DNA of 64,000 nucleotides from Eledone cirrhosa. Its lineage: Eukaryota. The stretch covers positions 82,088,001-82,152,000 of the forward strand of contig OZ024741.1 in assembly GCA_964016885.1 (NCBI GenBank), read 5' to 3'. A program made the translations under genes and the position numbers. The notes beneath the pieces were generated by a model that worked only from the letters and a program-made list of their open reading frames with translations, did no database searches and was not told the origin of the DNA. Of this stretch, positions 11,323 through 25,645 are shown piece by piece. Within the stretch, counting starts at the first letter, position 1, and the number at the start of each line of letters is the position of its first letter.

Positions 11323-14300
11323 GTTGCATTTTTCTTGCTTTATGTTCATACGAGTTATCACCAAGTCACAACCAGTGACCTCAAGAGACAACAAGGTCTG
11401 CCATGTTCAAGAAAGAACATACATACACACACATTCATCTTTAGGTGTTTAGACTTGTGATGTACTTATATTGACAGAATCTTCCTTAGTATATGGGCAG
11501 TTCCCATTAGTACTATCTTTTGTATCTCTCCTATACGCGGATTTCCTTGGATTTGTGATAAGTAATCATTAGACCCCTTAGGTATCATTCCTAGAGCGCC
11601 TACAACCACTGGTATTGTTTTAGTTCTCAATTTCTACATCTTTCCAATTTCTATCTCCAGGTCCTTATACTTGCTCAATTTTTCAAATGTTTTTATAGAT
11701 ACATTCTTGTCTATTGGAACGGACATATCAATTAGCAGGCATACCCTCTTTTTAAAGTCCTTCAGTATTATATCAGGTCTATTTGCATCTATTTTTCGGT
11801 CTGTTTGGATGCTAAAGTTCCACAAGATTGAGATGTAATCTTTTTCAAGTATTGGAGGTGGTTGATGCTCCCACCAATTCTTTTGATGGGGCAGGTCAAA
11901 ATGCTTACACATTATCCAATGTATGTATTGTGCAGCTCTGTCATGCATGTTTAGGTATTCGGTTGGAGATATAGGACTGCACATTGAAATTATATGATCA
12001 ATGGTCTCTGATTGTTTTTTACATACACGGCATAATGGGTTGCATCCAATGTTATTATCTTGGCTTGGTAATTTTTTGTTGGCAGACATTGATCTTGTGC
12101 TGATATAATCAGTCCTTCAGTCTCCGATTTCAGTCCAGAGGATGCCAACCACTGATCGGTTAAAGTTTTGTCAATATCAGGATTGTTAGTTCTTTCTGGG
12201 TATTTTCCATACAGAAGCTTTTCTTGCCATTTCTTAGCCAGTTTCTGTAGCAGCTCTTTCTTTGCAGTTACTTTTACTTGCTTTGCCTTTTCTGTGTCTT
12301 CCATTTTAGCAGTAAATGGGACTTCTGAAATTTGTAGTCCATTACTGTATCTTTGTGCATCTTTTGTAATGGAGTATGATCTTTTGATGCTTTCGTGTTT
12401 CAAACCGAGTTTGATCATCCAATCATGTGATTCCCTTAGATATGTAGATAATCCAATAGTTGCAGTTTTCAACGCAATATCTAACTGGATTAATCCACAT
12501 CCTCCTTCTTTCCTAGGGAGATATATTCTATCTGTATCTGCCTTAGGGTGATGCATTCTGTGCATGGTTAAGAATTTTCTAATATATGTATCGAGTCTAC
12601 GGATCTCTGTGCTTGACCAGTTGATGACATTGTAACTGTAGGTAACTACTGGTATGGCAAGCGTGTTTATGGCATCGATCCTATTCCTTGCATTCAATTC
12701 CGTTCTTAAGATTGCTCTGACTCTGCGGTAACATTCCTTCCTTATCCTTTCCTTCATTGTCGAGTGCTTGATTCCGTCTCCTTCACAAATACCTAGATAT
12801 TTGTAAGTTTGCTCTTGATCAAGTTCTCTTATCACATTCCCCCGATCAAGATTAATGTCTGAACTTTTCAGCAGCTTTCCTCTGGTGAACGTTGCTTTGG
12901 CGCATTTATCTAGTCCAAACTCCATTTTAATGTCATCACTGAACTGATCCACAGTGGATAATAGCACTTGCAATTGTTCATCATTTTTTGCAAATGGTTT
13001 CAGGTCATCCATGTAGAACAAATGATTAATGGTTTTGTCATAGAGTTTATCCATGTTTTGTTTCATTGAGCATTTTACTTAATGATATAAGTGCGATGCA
13101 GAATAAAAGCGGTGATAAAGAGTCATCCTGAAAAATTCCACATTTTTTTTCACTATTCAAAAGGAGTGTCGTTTTCCAGGTCCTCATACTGAATGACAGG
13201 AACCTCCTGACAATCTCTAAACATTTCTCAATCCAACTGTGTAGCAAACTATCGAATGCTTTTTTATAATCTATCCAAGAAATTGATAGATTTTTGTGTC
13301 TATTCTAACAATCTTCCAGTATCATTTTGTTAACCAAAAGCTGATCCTTACAGTCATATGAGCCTCGTTTACACCCTTTCTGCTCATTGGGAAATAGATC
13401 ATTTGTTATCAGGTGGTCATATGTATATTCAGTTAGGGCTGATGTTAAAATTTTATACACTGTGGTCAAGCAAGTTATCGGTCTGTAATTTTGGGGATTG
13501 TTTGTCTCATTCTTTGGAAGCAGAAATGTAATGCCGTTAACTAGCCATGGTGGTTTCTTTCCTGGCTCCTTAACTATTTCATTGTAAAGTTGGGCTAACA
13601 GCTCATGAGACTCTGTGAAGGCATTTATCCAAAAATATGGTATTTTGTCTTTTCTTGGGGATCTCAATTTGCTGGTTTTTCTAAGAGCCAAAACGCAACT
13701 GTTCAACTGTTATATTTTCCCATATTTGTTCCTCAAGGTGAGCTGTATCTTTCCTTTGTCTGTCTATCCATGGGGCATGTCCATGGGGACTTTTTCTTCG
13801 GCCCAGATCTTTTCCAGAATTCTTGCACTTCCTCCTTGGGTGGTATTGATTTAGCAGTTATTGTTGACTTGCCAATTTTTCTGTAGAAGTTTCTTTGGTT
13901 GTTTTTTAACATATTGTCCTTATAAAATCTAGATCGTTTTTCAAAGCGCCTTATATGAGATGCTTTGGCCGACACTTTTTGCTTGATTATTTCTATCAGC
14001 ATGTCTATGTCACTTGTTGATTTTATACTGTATTTTCTTTTCAATTTTCTAAGTTTAGTTTGTTTAACATGTTCACCTACTTTGTAGTTTGTTGAAATTT
14101 CTATGTCAAATCGGAGAAGGTTTATTTGGCGATTGATGTTTTCTTGCCAAGTAGATTTCTTCTGGGAATACCTTTGTTTTTTCATTTTCACTCCACATAA
14201 GTGAGTGGTGACTTTAGCCGATGCATAATAGAGATGATTTAAATCAGTAATGTTTAGTTTGTTTCTGATAATAATGTTTTTGAGAATTATGTTAGTCTTG

Positions 14301-15230
14301 TGTATTATCTTTTGGTTCTGTTGGGAGTTCTGGATCTTAGGGAGGGTGTCGCGTTCCCCCATGTCAGATTCTTTCATTTTCATCCATTCGATCATAATTT
14401 CATCCTTCAAGTTGGCAAGTTCATTCTCATTCATTTCTTTATCATTTACGATATCATTGTTTTCATTTTGAGTTTCATCTTGAGCATGCACTTCCTTCAC
14501 TTTTTCGATCCTTTCTTTAATTTGTTCTGTTGTCAGCGATTCCGCCCCAACCCTGGGATTCTAAGTGTTACAATTTACCTCGTTTTCACTGACATATGTT
14601 TCATTTTCTCTTCGCTGACTTTGTGCTAATAGCTTGATCTGATCAAATTCTATATCAGTTAATAACATTTTTTTAACAATATTTCTTCGTATATTGGCTA
14701 GTTTGTTACTGTCAATATAGCCTCTGTTGTCGGGATGTTTCTTTTTGCAGTTGATATATGTCTGTTCTGTATTCGATGTATTTGATGGGTAGTACATGGC
14801 AGTGTAGAAAGCCTCAAGGATTTCTTTATTATCTTCCCTTGACCATTTTTCTCTCTTTTTCTTTAGATGTCTTGGTGGTGAAAATAGAGGGCCAACAGTA
14901 GGAGTATTCCGGTTATGGGAGGTCTCCAGCTCCGAAGTGATGGGAAGGTTTGAACCATTAGCTGATATTTCGACCCCAGTCTGGTTCCTCTCTGAGGGAC
15001 GCGGCCCTTTTTGACCCGGGTGACAGCCGATCCAGTATGAGATTTTATCATTTGACATATACTTTATTTTGTCGCGTTTTATCCTTAACCGCCAAGGTGT
15101 AATCATTTCGTGTTACCACTTCTAGGACGAGTGTGAACCAAGATTAGAGTGGTCGTCCTCCCCTAGAGACACGGCTATTCCCCGCCGGCCGCCATCCCGC
15201 TATTTCTTGGTCACGGGGTTTTCTTTTTTG
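11281..15230 (-). mobile_element. R4/Dong-like non-LTR retrotransposon with restriction-like endonuclease (RLE), near full length, inactivated
   Basis: Single long broken ORF followed by a 3' UTR ending in (TAA)n on the minus strand. The 5' boundary is approximate. Confidence 0.85.
11466..15106 (-). pseudogene. RT-CCHC-RLE polyprotein of the Dong-like element
   Basis: RT motifs NYRPITCL, EQKGC, GIFQDDSLSPLLFC, HLFYMDDLK and YKYLG. Zinc motif CRVCKKQSETIDHIISMC. RLE motifs NRPDIIL..LIDMSVP..EKLSKY and IPVVVGALG. Confidence 0.92.
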
Positions 15231-15299
15231 TTGTTTTTTAAATTGTTTTTATCATGAGTGGTTCCTTAATGTGAGCATTGCGTGGCTTAAGAATGAAAT

Positions 15300-18200
15300 T
15301 ATTATTAATAATATAATATACTTTTTGCTGAAGTTGCCTGTTATTGTTGTTGGCTATGTCGGTGGTGGTCCTGGGGTTCACATATATTGTTTCTGAAAAG
15401 AACACAAAAAAATATTGGGGCCTTGAGCCCAAAACTTAAACTTTTTATTTATCAAACAAAATATTTATTTGAAAAAAACAACCACGGACGACATATTTAC
15501 TGTTTTTAACATACCCCTCCCCCCTCCACCACCACCACCAACACCATTGTAAGCCTTGCTACGGTTGCCAACATTGAAAATATAATTAATAGCTGTCTGA
15601 ATTATTTAGATTTGCCGCATAAAGACATGGATTTCCCGTCATTACAAATAACTGCGGGTATTAAAGCCGCCACCCCCACCACCACAATGTCAAAAAGAAC
15701 AACGAACACCACTGATACCACCACCAACACCAACACCAGAGCGAAAACAGAAACTCCCTCCCAAAAAATGATTATCTCGTGACATCGAAATGGATTCACC
15801 CAGAATCGACTCTTCCACGCCGAACACCACTGACACCACCACCACCTCCACCACAATTGAAACTAAAAATAACAACAGCCACAATGATAATAACAACAAT
15901 AACATCAACACCACCGCAAAACAAAATGTGTCATTTGCCAAAGCAGCCAAGAATAGCAAAACAATCGAGGTAAGCTAGGATGAATTAAATGAAGCCAAGC
16001 GAATGGTATAAAAAGATGGGTACAGGGTTATCACCCCCCCCCCACACACACACTTAATAAAATGGAGCATCGGCGCCTATGCACCGTATCATATCGGACG
16101 ATAAACATAAAATCATGCCGAGTGGAACGGGCATCCGAGTCCCAAATACAAAAAGCTTTGGAACGTGTGTGGGCGAAAAAACCCACATCAGACGTGGGCA
16201 GAAATATGGAACTGTGGACGTCTTCTTTGGAACAACACAGGAAGACAGAGAGCACTCCATGGTCCCATTAATCATTGACGACTTCACACTAGTCCCAAGC
16301 TATTGTGGTCAGAGACTCGTGAAGATCAGGGAGACCCACGTTCCACCAGCCATCGAAATTCCCTGGTAAATGGCTGCCGTCCTCGGCGGCTTCGAAGCCA
16401 ACACGAAAATAATCGAAGTAACAAAAGAAAAGCAGGAGAACTGGACCGGATCTGGGATGGAGCTCCTGCTCCAAGCGGACCAACAAACATTGAGGAAATT
16501 CCAGAGGTGTTAGACCTCACTGACGACAGCCACCTCACCGTCATCGTTGAAGGTAGAAGGCCTAGGTGTGTCGTTTGTGGTGAAGGAACCCACCTAAAGG
16601 CTTTCTGCGCTCAAGCTAAAAGGTTGAGGCCACCTCTCTTACCCACCCCAGTGACTAAACCATCAACACCACCAGCAGCAGAAATAGCAGCAACAACTGC
16701 AGCAGCAACAACAGAAGCAACTGTAGCAGCAACAACCACAGCAACAGTAGCAAAACCAACACCACCACCATCCACCGCTCCAGAACTAGCACCAGCGCCT
16801 ACACCATCCACCACGCCAAAACCAAAATCAACGTCTGTGGAGGATTTTCCACTCCCCGACCTATCGCAACTGGAGACAAATTGTGACGACGAGGAGTGGA
16901 AACTATCAGGAAAAAAGAAAAAAAAGAAAAAAATACTCTTCCTTCCCAATCCAAAAACAAAATACAGAGGGAAACTAATAAACTATCAAACAAAAAGGTT
17001 AGGATGGCTATGCCACTATCCACACCAGCATCACCAACCCCATCACCACAAACACCAACACCATCACCATCATTAACCCCAACACCACCATCACCAACAC
17101 CATAAAAGTCACCAAAAAGCGAAACAGAAACAAACCCACAACAAACCCACTAGCAAAGAGGTTAGCGCTTGTCGTTGGTGGTCTGATGGGAGAGGCTCAG
17201 ACATGCGCCATTCGCGACAGATCCATCCACTACAACCTCCACCTAATGCGATACATCGAGGAGAGGGTGACTAGGGAACCTGGCACAGATGGGTCCTTGA
17301 TAAATTTAGATCAGTCGAAAGCTTTCGATAGGGTCGACCACCGTTACCTAGTAGCAGTCCTGAGGGCGGCTGGCTTTGGGCACGTCTTCAGAGGCTGGAT
17401 CTCAGCCATGCACAGCGACACATGCTCTGTGGTGAGTATTAACTCTCGAGCCATTACTGCACAAACTGGAGACGTTGAGGGGGTCCCACGCGAACTAGGA
17501 TGCGGAAGATCCGTGTCAGCATATGCGGACGATGTCAACGTAGTGGTGTCGAACGCCAAACACAACGAGGAGATCGGCACTACACTAAGAGAATACGAAG
17601 CGGTGACAGGAGAAATGATCAACCAGGAAAAGTCAGTGGGCCTGCAGCTTGGCACCTTGAGAGGCAAGTCCATGCCGTCCAATAGCCTCGTCGGGCTCTG
17701 GACGGACGGACCGGTTAAATTGCTATGGGTCTGGTTCGGTCCGGACCTCCAGACGGTCAAAAACTGGGACGAGGTGACGAGCAGGGTAGCTTCTCTGACC
17801 CAGAAATGGGCAGAAGGAAGCTATCTCTGAAAGGTCGAGCGGAGGTGGCTAACGCGTACATCGCGTCCGTTATCTACTACCGCCTGACCGTTGTACCTTG
17901 TCCTAAGCCCCGCCTGACTGCGCTGGAACGTTTGCTCTTTCGCTTTTTGTAGAAGGAACGCGCTCCGATGGCCAGGCGGCCCATCTGCTGTCAACACCCG
18001 CTACGTGAAGGGCTGGGCATGCCGTGGCTGATGATGCGCAAACACGCGCTCAGGCTACGACATCTCCACCTCTTCCTCGACGGTGATCAGGTGTGGTCGC
18101 CGTTTGCCAGACGCGTCTTTCCCCAGCTCGTCTCCTTGACGAAGCTGCAGTCCTGGGTCAAGCCAAGACCAAGAGGGAGCGCTTGGAGACTGACATGTCT

Positions 18201-19166
18201 TCAGGCGCTCACAGCTCTCGACCAATCGGGCAATGTGATCGGTGGAATCTCCACCTTGGCGTTCTATAGAGGATTAGTGGAGGGGAAGAGCGACGACGTA
18301 CTTGGGGAAACTCTAGGCGTCGCCGAAAATCAACTAGCCAATCTCTTGGGAAGAACTTTCGGACCGGGGCCTATGGACAACTTCCAGAAATCCCTGGCCT
18401 GGCAGTGCTACCGAGGAGCTTTGCCAATTCGGGATAAACTCTACAGGCATGGAGGTGCCGTCAGCCGGGCATGTCCGAGATGCCCGCAGGGCGACAAAAC
18501 CACCCTGCACGCACTCGTCCAGTGTCCGAGCATTGCTGACTTGTGGGTTTATGTCGAACACCTGCTGTCGCGTGTAGGACGGATCCAGCTATCAGCTGAG
18601 TCCATCGTGAGGATTTCCCTGCCTTCTTCCTTTAGCCGGGAAGGGCAGGAAGCTTTTATCTGTCTGGTGGCCACGGCGAAAGAGATAGTATGGTGGACAC
18701 GTTTGAAAGGGCTGAAAACGAGCACTTACCTCTTCGGTGATGCTCTGATTAACTTTTTCAAATTTTATTTGAAAAGGAAAATCAGGGTAAAGAGGGGAGT
18801 GCTCTCTTCCAAGCATTTTGTTGAAAGATGGGTGAGGGAGGCAAGAATGGCCCGAGTTAATGGGCCTATTCTGAGTATGTGTCTGTAAATTAAAGATGGA
18901 AAACTGGGAGAGGGCATTTGCCCTGGTGGTCAGGGTCACTGTGGCTTTTTAATGGGCTTTCTCCACGAATGTCCCTCGGAAGTATCCCCCATATTGGGGA
19001 ATTTTTCATTGTTATTTTTTTGTTACATCCTCTTTTTTTGTTTTTTACATGCAGAAATGCCCATTTGTACCGTCCTGTATTGTCCTGAACTGTCCTTAAT
19101 GTCTACTTTATGTAAACCCTTGTGGTTAATAAAGAAAGCATTATTATTATTATTATTATTATTATT
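15300..19166 (+). mobile_element. L1/Tx1 copy 2 with an internal deletion of the ORF1 end, the endonuclease and the RT N-terminus
   Basis: 5' UTR and ORF1 (CVVCGEGTHLKAFC) are joined at ~17150 directly to mid-RT (LAKRLALVVG). AYADDV and CPRC..LHALVQC follow, with a (TTA)n tail at 19141-19166. Confidence 0.92.
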
Positions 19167-19347
19167 GAATTGTTTCAATAAACGGGGCAGGACTAAATGT
19201 TCTTTAACCATCCTTGAAAACGCTTTGAGATAGTACCCTGTGCCCCTATGACAATCGGGATGACCTTGATATCATGACAATCCCAAATCCTTTTAAACTC
19301 CCACTTTAAATCCTGGTATCGGTTAATTTTCTCTTTCTCCTTTTCTA
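19167..19347 (-). pseudogene. Short C-terminal RLE fragment of a Dong-like LINE
   Basis: Minus strand reads EKEKEKINRYQDLKWEFKRIWDCHDIKVIPIVIGAQGTISK, similar to the RLE ends at 11.6 kb and 22.3 kb. Confidence 0.75.
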
Positions 19348-19540
19348 GGTATGTTTAGAATATTATTTTAGAAGTTAGGAGTCAAAATGCTTGCTCTGAA
19401 AACCTTCTGTCCAGCTCTCCAGAAAGCTTCTTATCCCCAACAAATCACAATGATGTTCGTAATGGCATTAGGAATGTAAGAACTATTGTTGTTATTGTTC
19501 ATGTTATTTTTGCTGTTGTGGTTGTGGTTGTCGTTTTTCA

Positions 19541-19593
<53 letters not shown>

Positions 19594-20618
19594 TTTTGCT
19601 TGAATTCACTTCTTTCTATTTAATTTTGCTGCATTTCGTTTCAATATTACATATACAAATCGGAAATTTATTTCCCCTTTGCACTTTGTAAGTTTCTTTC
19701 TTTCTCTATTTAATAATCTTTAGAAGTGAAAGCAATATTCTATTCTCAGAGAATATTTGGCATTTACAGAAGCCAAAAATACATTCAATATTCATTTAAC
19801 GCTTAAACCTGTCAACAGGTTCGGATAAAACTTTGTTGTTATTATGAAGTGTGGTTTTTGAAGATAACTGGCAAACAAATATTCTCTGGCAAGTTCTCTA
19901 TGTAGTTATTACTATTTCAATGTGTTCATTCATAGGGATGTGGCCATACTGGTACACCGTCCTTAGCATTACTATAAGATTCAGTTGAATTTATCAATCC
20001 CTTATTTTATAAAGCAGTGATGCGCAAAATTCAAGGAATTGCGTAAGGGGGCAAGTCGTGCCAGATCAAAATAGCAAAACGCATTTCCATTGACGCGGCA
20101 TTCCTTTTACTCCCTTGCCTATTTATAAAAGGAATTACTATAATAACTCAGCAGTTCCACAGCCTTCTTAGTTTGAGATTTAGATATTTATAGTTTTCTA
20201 TCTCTGCTTTGCTTTTAATTCTTTCAACCTGGTATCGAATGGACATTCTACATATATTATCTTAGAAATTTTAGTATGTTTCTCTTGTAGAATTGATCTT
20301 ACATATTCTAGTTTATTGTTTGTCGGTATGTTCGTGTCACATTAAATATTTACTTTCTCATTTTCGACAACTTTGCCTTTTCGATTTTCGTATCACATTT
20401 CTGAAGTTTCTATTTTATATGATATATACAATTGCTAGCGTTCAACTGATGCATTTTGTTATGTCTCCATCATTTGAAATGTTTTTTGGTGCCAATATCT
20501 TACACGCTGATAGAAAGTGAGCTACATCACTTTCGCCTTCACCATATAACAAAAAAAGTAGCACTATGATCTACTTGTCTAAACCCCTTCTGGACTCCCG
20601 TGTCCATGCCGTCTCCGC

Positions 20619-20725
20619 TGTTTCTACTTTAGGCACAAGGCCAACAATCTTTTGGGGCGAGAGAAAAGTTGATTAAATCGACCTCAGTGCATTGCTGGTA
20701 CTTTATTTAATCGATTCCGTAAGGG
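20619..20725 (-). mobile_element. 3' fragment of the tRNA-derived SINE
   Basis: tgtttctactttaggcacaaggcc...ctggtactttattt..atcga matches the full copies at 25.5, 33.2 and 44.9 kb. Confidence 0.75.
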
Positions 20726-20759
20726 TCGATATAAACAACGTATTGCCTGAGGAACAGAA

Positions 20760-22509
20760 AAGATGTTGAAAGAAGCCCGGTGGTACAAAAGATCAGTTAC
20801 GTATTGATAAGATGATAATAAGGAACTGCAAGAGGAAACATACTGGCCGTGGAATGCAATGGATAGATTACAAGAGGTCATTCGACATGTGTCTGCAAAT
20901 CTTCAAGGTGGTGGCCAGCATCAGACTATTATTAAGTCACAGGGACAATCCTTGGGAAGAGTGAAAATCAAGTGAGGTATTTCCCAAGGAGATAGTCTGT
21001 GTCCTTCGTTGTTTGTGTTTATCCTCATACCATCGTCCTTTGCATTGCAAAGAGGGAAGGAAGGATACAAACTGGGATGATTGATGCTCATCATCAACCA
21101 CCTCCGCTTCATGAACGACCTAAAACTCTTCGGGAACAGCAAATAGGAGTGGCATGTACTTCTTAAGACTTTGTATTTTCAGTAATGATATATGTACGGA
21201 ATTTGGTGATAATAAATGTGCAGTCCTAGTGATGAGGAGAGGTAAATTGAAGACAATCAAAGGAATGGAGATACCAACGGGTGAGATGATAAACTGGATC
21301 GAAACCGAACTTTCTGGAGGTAAATAACACCAAGGACACGAAAATAAAGGAGCTGATAATATCTGAATATAATTGGAGAGAAAAGAACATAATAATATCC
21401 CATTTGAATAATAGAAATGCCATAACTACTATGAATTCGCGAGCTGTGTCTATTATTAGGTACATTGCGGGGATAATTATAATTAGTGTAAACAAGCAAA
21501 ACGGAAGAGGCTGGAAAGACAAGGAAATTAATGACAACCTATATTATGCTTCATAAGAAGGGTGTTGTTGATAGAGTGCGCTTAAAGAGATCTGAAAATG
21601 CAAGTGGTCTTATCAGCGTGGAGGACTATGTTCAGATGGAGAAAATTTGTTTATAGAAATATGAGTCTGAGAGTAACGAACCGATACTGAAAGCTGTATG
21701 GAAGGAGGAGACAATAAACCAGGGCATGTCCAAGAAAGAAGTATTAACAAAGTAGAAGGACAATTTGAATGAAAAATCCCTTCATAGAATCTTTTTGAAA
21801 ACATTTCAGAGACCCTCAGACAATGAAAGGGGACCTTAAGAAAGCTAGAGAGGGAATGCTACTTGCTGCATTTGAGCGAGCTCTTTGAAAGAAGTGGATG
21901 ATACATTATATTAACGAGGAGACTAGCACGCTGTGCAGGATCTAGGGAGCGAGAGAGAGAGAGAGGGGGGGGGAACTGTAGCTCACATTGTTTCCGAGTC
22001 TAAATACCCACTCCACATTTATTATAATGGATGGAGACATGATATCATAACAAAAGTCATCCACAGGCATTTATGGAAACTGAATAATCTACCTCATTCT
22101 GAGAAATGGTATGAGCATAAGCTACAGTCGGTGATAGAAAACAATCGAATGTAGGTACTGTGTGATTTGAGGATACGAACAGATAAAGAATTAGATCACA
22201 ATAGGCCTGACCCGATGGTTTTTGACAAGGAAAAAAGATCTTGCTTTATTATAGATGTAGCTTGCCTCTTGGACATAATAGTACAAGAAAAGGAGAAGAA
22301 ATTTACCCGGAACTAAAGTGGGAACTGAAAGGATTTGGGACAGTCATGAGATGAAGAACGTCCCCATCGTCATAGAAGCATTATGTTCTATCTTGAAGAG
22401 TGTTCAATGCTGGTTAAAGACCATTAGTCCAGCCCAATTTTTAGGAACATTTCAAGAGGCATGCCTTCTGGAAACAGCAATGATCCTCCGATACGTCTTG
22501 AATATTTGA
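20760..22509 (+). pseudogene. Heavily degenerate Dong-like RT-RLE LINE
   Basis: Remnants of GISQGDSLCP, INHLRFMNDLKLFG and NRPD..FIIDVAC. Ends in VPIVIEAL..ACLLETAMILRYVLNI. Confidence 0.75.
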
Positions 22510-22514
22510 GGCTA

Positions 22515-23890
22515 CAGGAACACAAAATCATCAACTTCGTGTTAGTTAGAGAGGCTAACCAAGAACAGATGGCCACCAGAGCACGAATTAAAGAGATTGA
22601 GAGAGAGAGGGAGATTTTTGCCCTCAGTACGCCCAAAGTGTCACAGATGTTCACTATAGGGCACGTGGCACCAGAAACACACGAAATTTAGGAAATATAG
22701 CCACCTGATTTTTGGACCCCTAATTTAAGAACCGGCAGTAGTCATTTAAAAGGGTTTTCAATGGAAACTCCACCAAATATGCAAGTCAAATCACCCGATC
22801 TCCAACAGCACATGGAGTGTTAGTAGCCCTTCTCCCTTTTATCACATTTAACTAACCAGAAAACATAGCTGTTGTAAGAGTAGCTAGGAACGTTACTGCA
22901 TTCAGCGGGAACAGGACTTCCGACATGCAAGCACTAGCACCATTTTCGATGACTATGAAATCTTTGCATCTGTTTGTCGACCTGGAACGCGAGGGGCGAT
23001 GGAGGTGCTGTTTAGGAATGGTCTAGACCTTGAAGTAAGGACGATTTTCATGGATCGAGACTGTAGGCTAGTGATCATTGACGTGTGCATTAGCGAAGAT
23101 GGTGTCTTTTGAGTGGTGGCCATCTACGATCCGACGGTGGCTGGATGGCCGGAATATTTGAGGCTTCAAGACGTCTTTCTTGAACAACTCACCCGTTACT
23201 GTCAGCGAGAGTATGGAACGGCATCTTAGATGCACGCTAGGATTGTGTGGAAAAGGCAGGTTTGAGTTCTATTAAGGATTAGTTTTGGGAATGTGTAACA
23301 ATGTTCTCGGAGAAGGTTCTGGGTGGCGACGAAATCGAATTGACCAGTTTGTTCCGGAGGAATTTCGAGTCGCGGGCTATGGAAAATTTTGGCTTGGCAG
23401 TGCTACCAGGGTGAACTGCCGGTTCGTGATAAACTCTGCAAGTATGGAAGTGTGGTCAGACGGACCTGTCCAAGATGCGCGCCGTTCGACGAAAAGGTTT
23501 GCACTCGACCAGTGTTTGTGCATTTCTGACTTGTGGAAATTTGTCCAACATCAATCATCACCTGTAGGAGGGATCCGGCTATCGACCGTCTCCATCGTGA
23601 AGATCATCCTGCCACCTTCCTTTGACTGGGAAGGGCAGGCATTTTCCTCTGCCTCGTGAATGTAGCAAAATAGATTGTATGGTGGATATGGCTGACAAGA
23701 TTGAACGCAGATTAATTTCTATTCGATCAAACCCATATCAACTCTTTCATGTTTTCCTCAGAAAAGAAAGTGAGGGTGGCGAGGGAAGTGCTGCTCTCAG
23801 TACATTTGTTAAAGGATTGGAGAAAGTAGCGAGGATGGCCCGATTGAAAGTGGCTATTCTGACGAAGCGCCTGTCGGCTTGTTAATTTGG
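22515..23890 (+). pseudogene. Degenerate, multiply deleted L1/Tx1 copy (ORF1 C-terminus, APE start, ORF2 C-terminus)
   Basis: NFVLVREANQEQMA resembles ~7266-7310. The stretch 22865-23250 resembles 7594-8050, and 23300-23880 resembles 10420-11005. Confidence 0.75.
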
Positions 23891-24533
23891 GGAGGAAAGA
23901 GCTCCATTCTAAGGTGTTCTGGGAGAGTAGGGTGGCTTAGGATTTTGTTGATTTTCAACAAAATTAGCATCTTCAATGTATCGTTGCATTCACTACCACT
24001 AATACGATAAATTATAATTTGGCACGGGAATTTCGGTATGTGTTAATTTTATTTATTCATTTACCTATTTACTTCTTTATTTGACCAAAACTACTAATAC
24101 ATATATAAAAAATATTCTATTTGGAATTTATCCTCATCCTTCAAAAGAAAACCTCCCGCCCTGCCTCCTCTCTCATATATCACTAAAGTTCTTATTTCCT
24201 TGCTTCCTTGCCTTCTTCCTTCTCCTTCATCTTCTTTTTCTTCTTATCCCTCCATCCCCTTCTTCACCTTCTTCCCTCCCCTCCTACACCACTTTAATCA
24301 AGGAACCTCTTTACTTCACTCCCCTTTTTTTCTTCCCACCTCCACCACTAGGTATTTATATCATTAGAAAGGCCCACACCACCACCCTCAACATCCACCC
24401 GACCGACACCTAGAAATAACCAGAACTGACCAACTTTATTTGAAATTCCTGATGATTCCATGGAATGAAACAGTTCTAGTCATTACAAGTCATCCCCCCT
24501 CTCTCTCTCTTTCTTTCTCTCTCTCACTCTATA

Positions 24534-24664
<131 letters not shown>

Positions 24665-25482
24665 TCATATATATATATATATATATAAATACAAACATAT
24701 GTGTGTGTATGCGATTGTGTGTGTATCTGTGTGTGTATTACTGCATATAAAACACTTATAGGTTTTCCTTTGATTTAACGTGTATCAATATTTGTTACAA
24801 TTTCCTTTGATGAACAAATTGTGAGGAGAATTTATCGTTTGGTGAGAGAAACAACTTACTACAATGCATCCTATTATTTTAGCCATTTCACCCCCTGCGT
24901 GTTGTTAATTCCTTTGAGAAACAGACAAACATTAAACCACTTCATTTTCCTTCTGATATGAAAGCTGAAACCTTGAACCAATATATAAATAAACCAAAAT
25001 TATTTTCCCTTTTTCAGACTTTCACTATGTATAATTGATTCTTGATATGTATTTATTTTTCCTCGGGTGAGGTGTGAATCATGAAAAAAGTCTGTGTGAG
25101 AAAATGAAGAGCAAAAAATTTCAATATAAAAAAAGAGTTGTTGGAAAATGCCAATTCTGAGACCAAGCCAAAAAAAACAATGCTTCCATTCTATTTAATT
25201 TGTTGATAATATAGACCGCTCGCAACACCTAACAAAATGTGGCGGGATTTTAACTCACAACACAGATTTTGGTCAGAAAAGACAAATCATTTCACAGGAA
25301 ATTTTAAATGTTCCGTTAATTCACTACCCTTAGACTAGTAATGTATGTGTAACTAGCAAAAGGATGAAGGTTACCGTTAATCTTTGCGGGGTGTGAACTT
25401 ATGGCGAAATATGCCTGAAGAAATACCAAAGCATTTTATCAGATGGTCTGAAGACACAATTCACCACCTGTAGAGAAATAAT

Positions 25483-25645
25483 TGTTTCTACTTTTGGCAC
25501 AAGGCCAGCAATAACCTAGTACATTACTGGTACTTTATTTTATCGACCCCGTAAGGATGAAAGGCAAAGTTGACCGCGGCGGGATTTGAACTCAGAATGG
25601 AAAGAATGCATGACGTCCGACCCTCTACCGATACTGCCAATCCAC
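25483..25645 (-). mobile_element. tRNA-derived SINE (octopus-type) with TSD
   Basis: Minus strand has A box tggcagtatcgg, B box gagttcaaatcc and tail tgctggccttgtgccaaaagtagaaacaat. TSD ctgtagagaaataat at 25468-25482 and 25646-25660. Confidence 0.9.

Noticed and set aside
15100-15235. HDV-like ribozyme at the 5' end of the RLE element
   Set aside because: GC-rich, but I could not assemble P1, P2 and P3 with the conserved L3 by eye. An RNArobo or Infernal search is needed.
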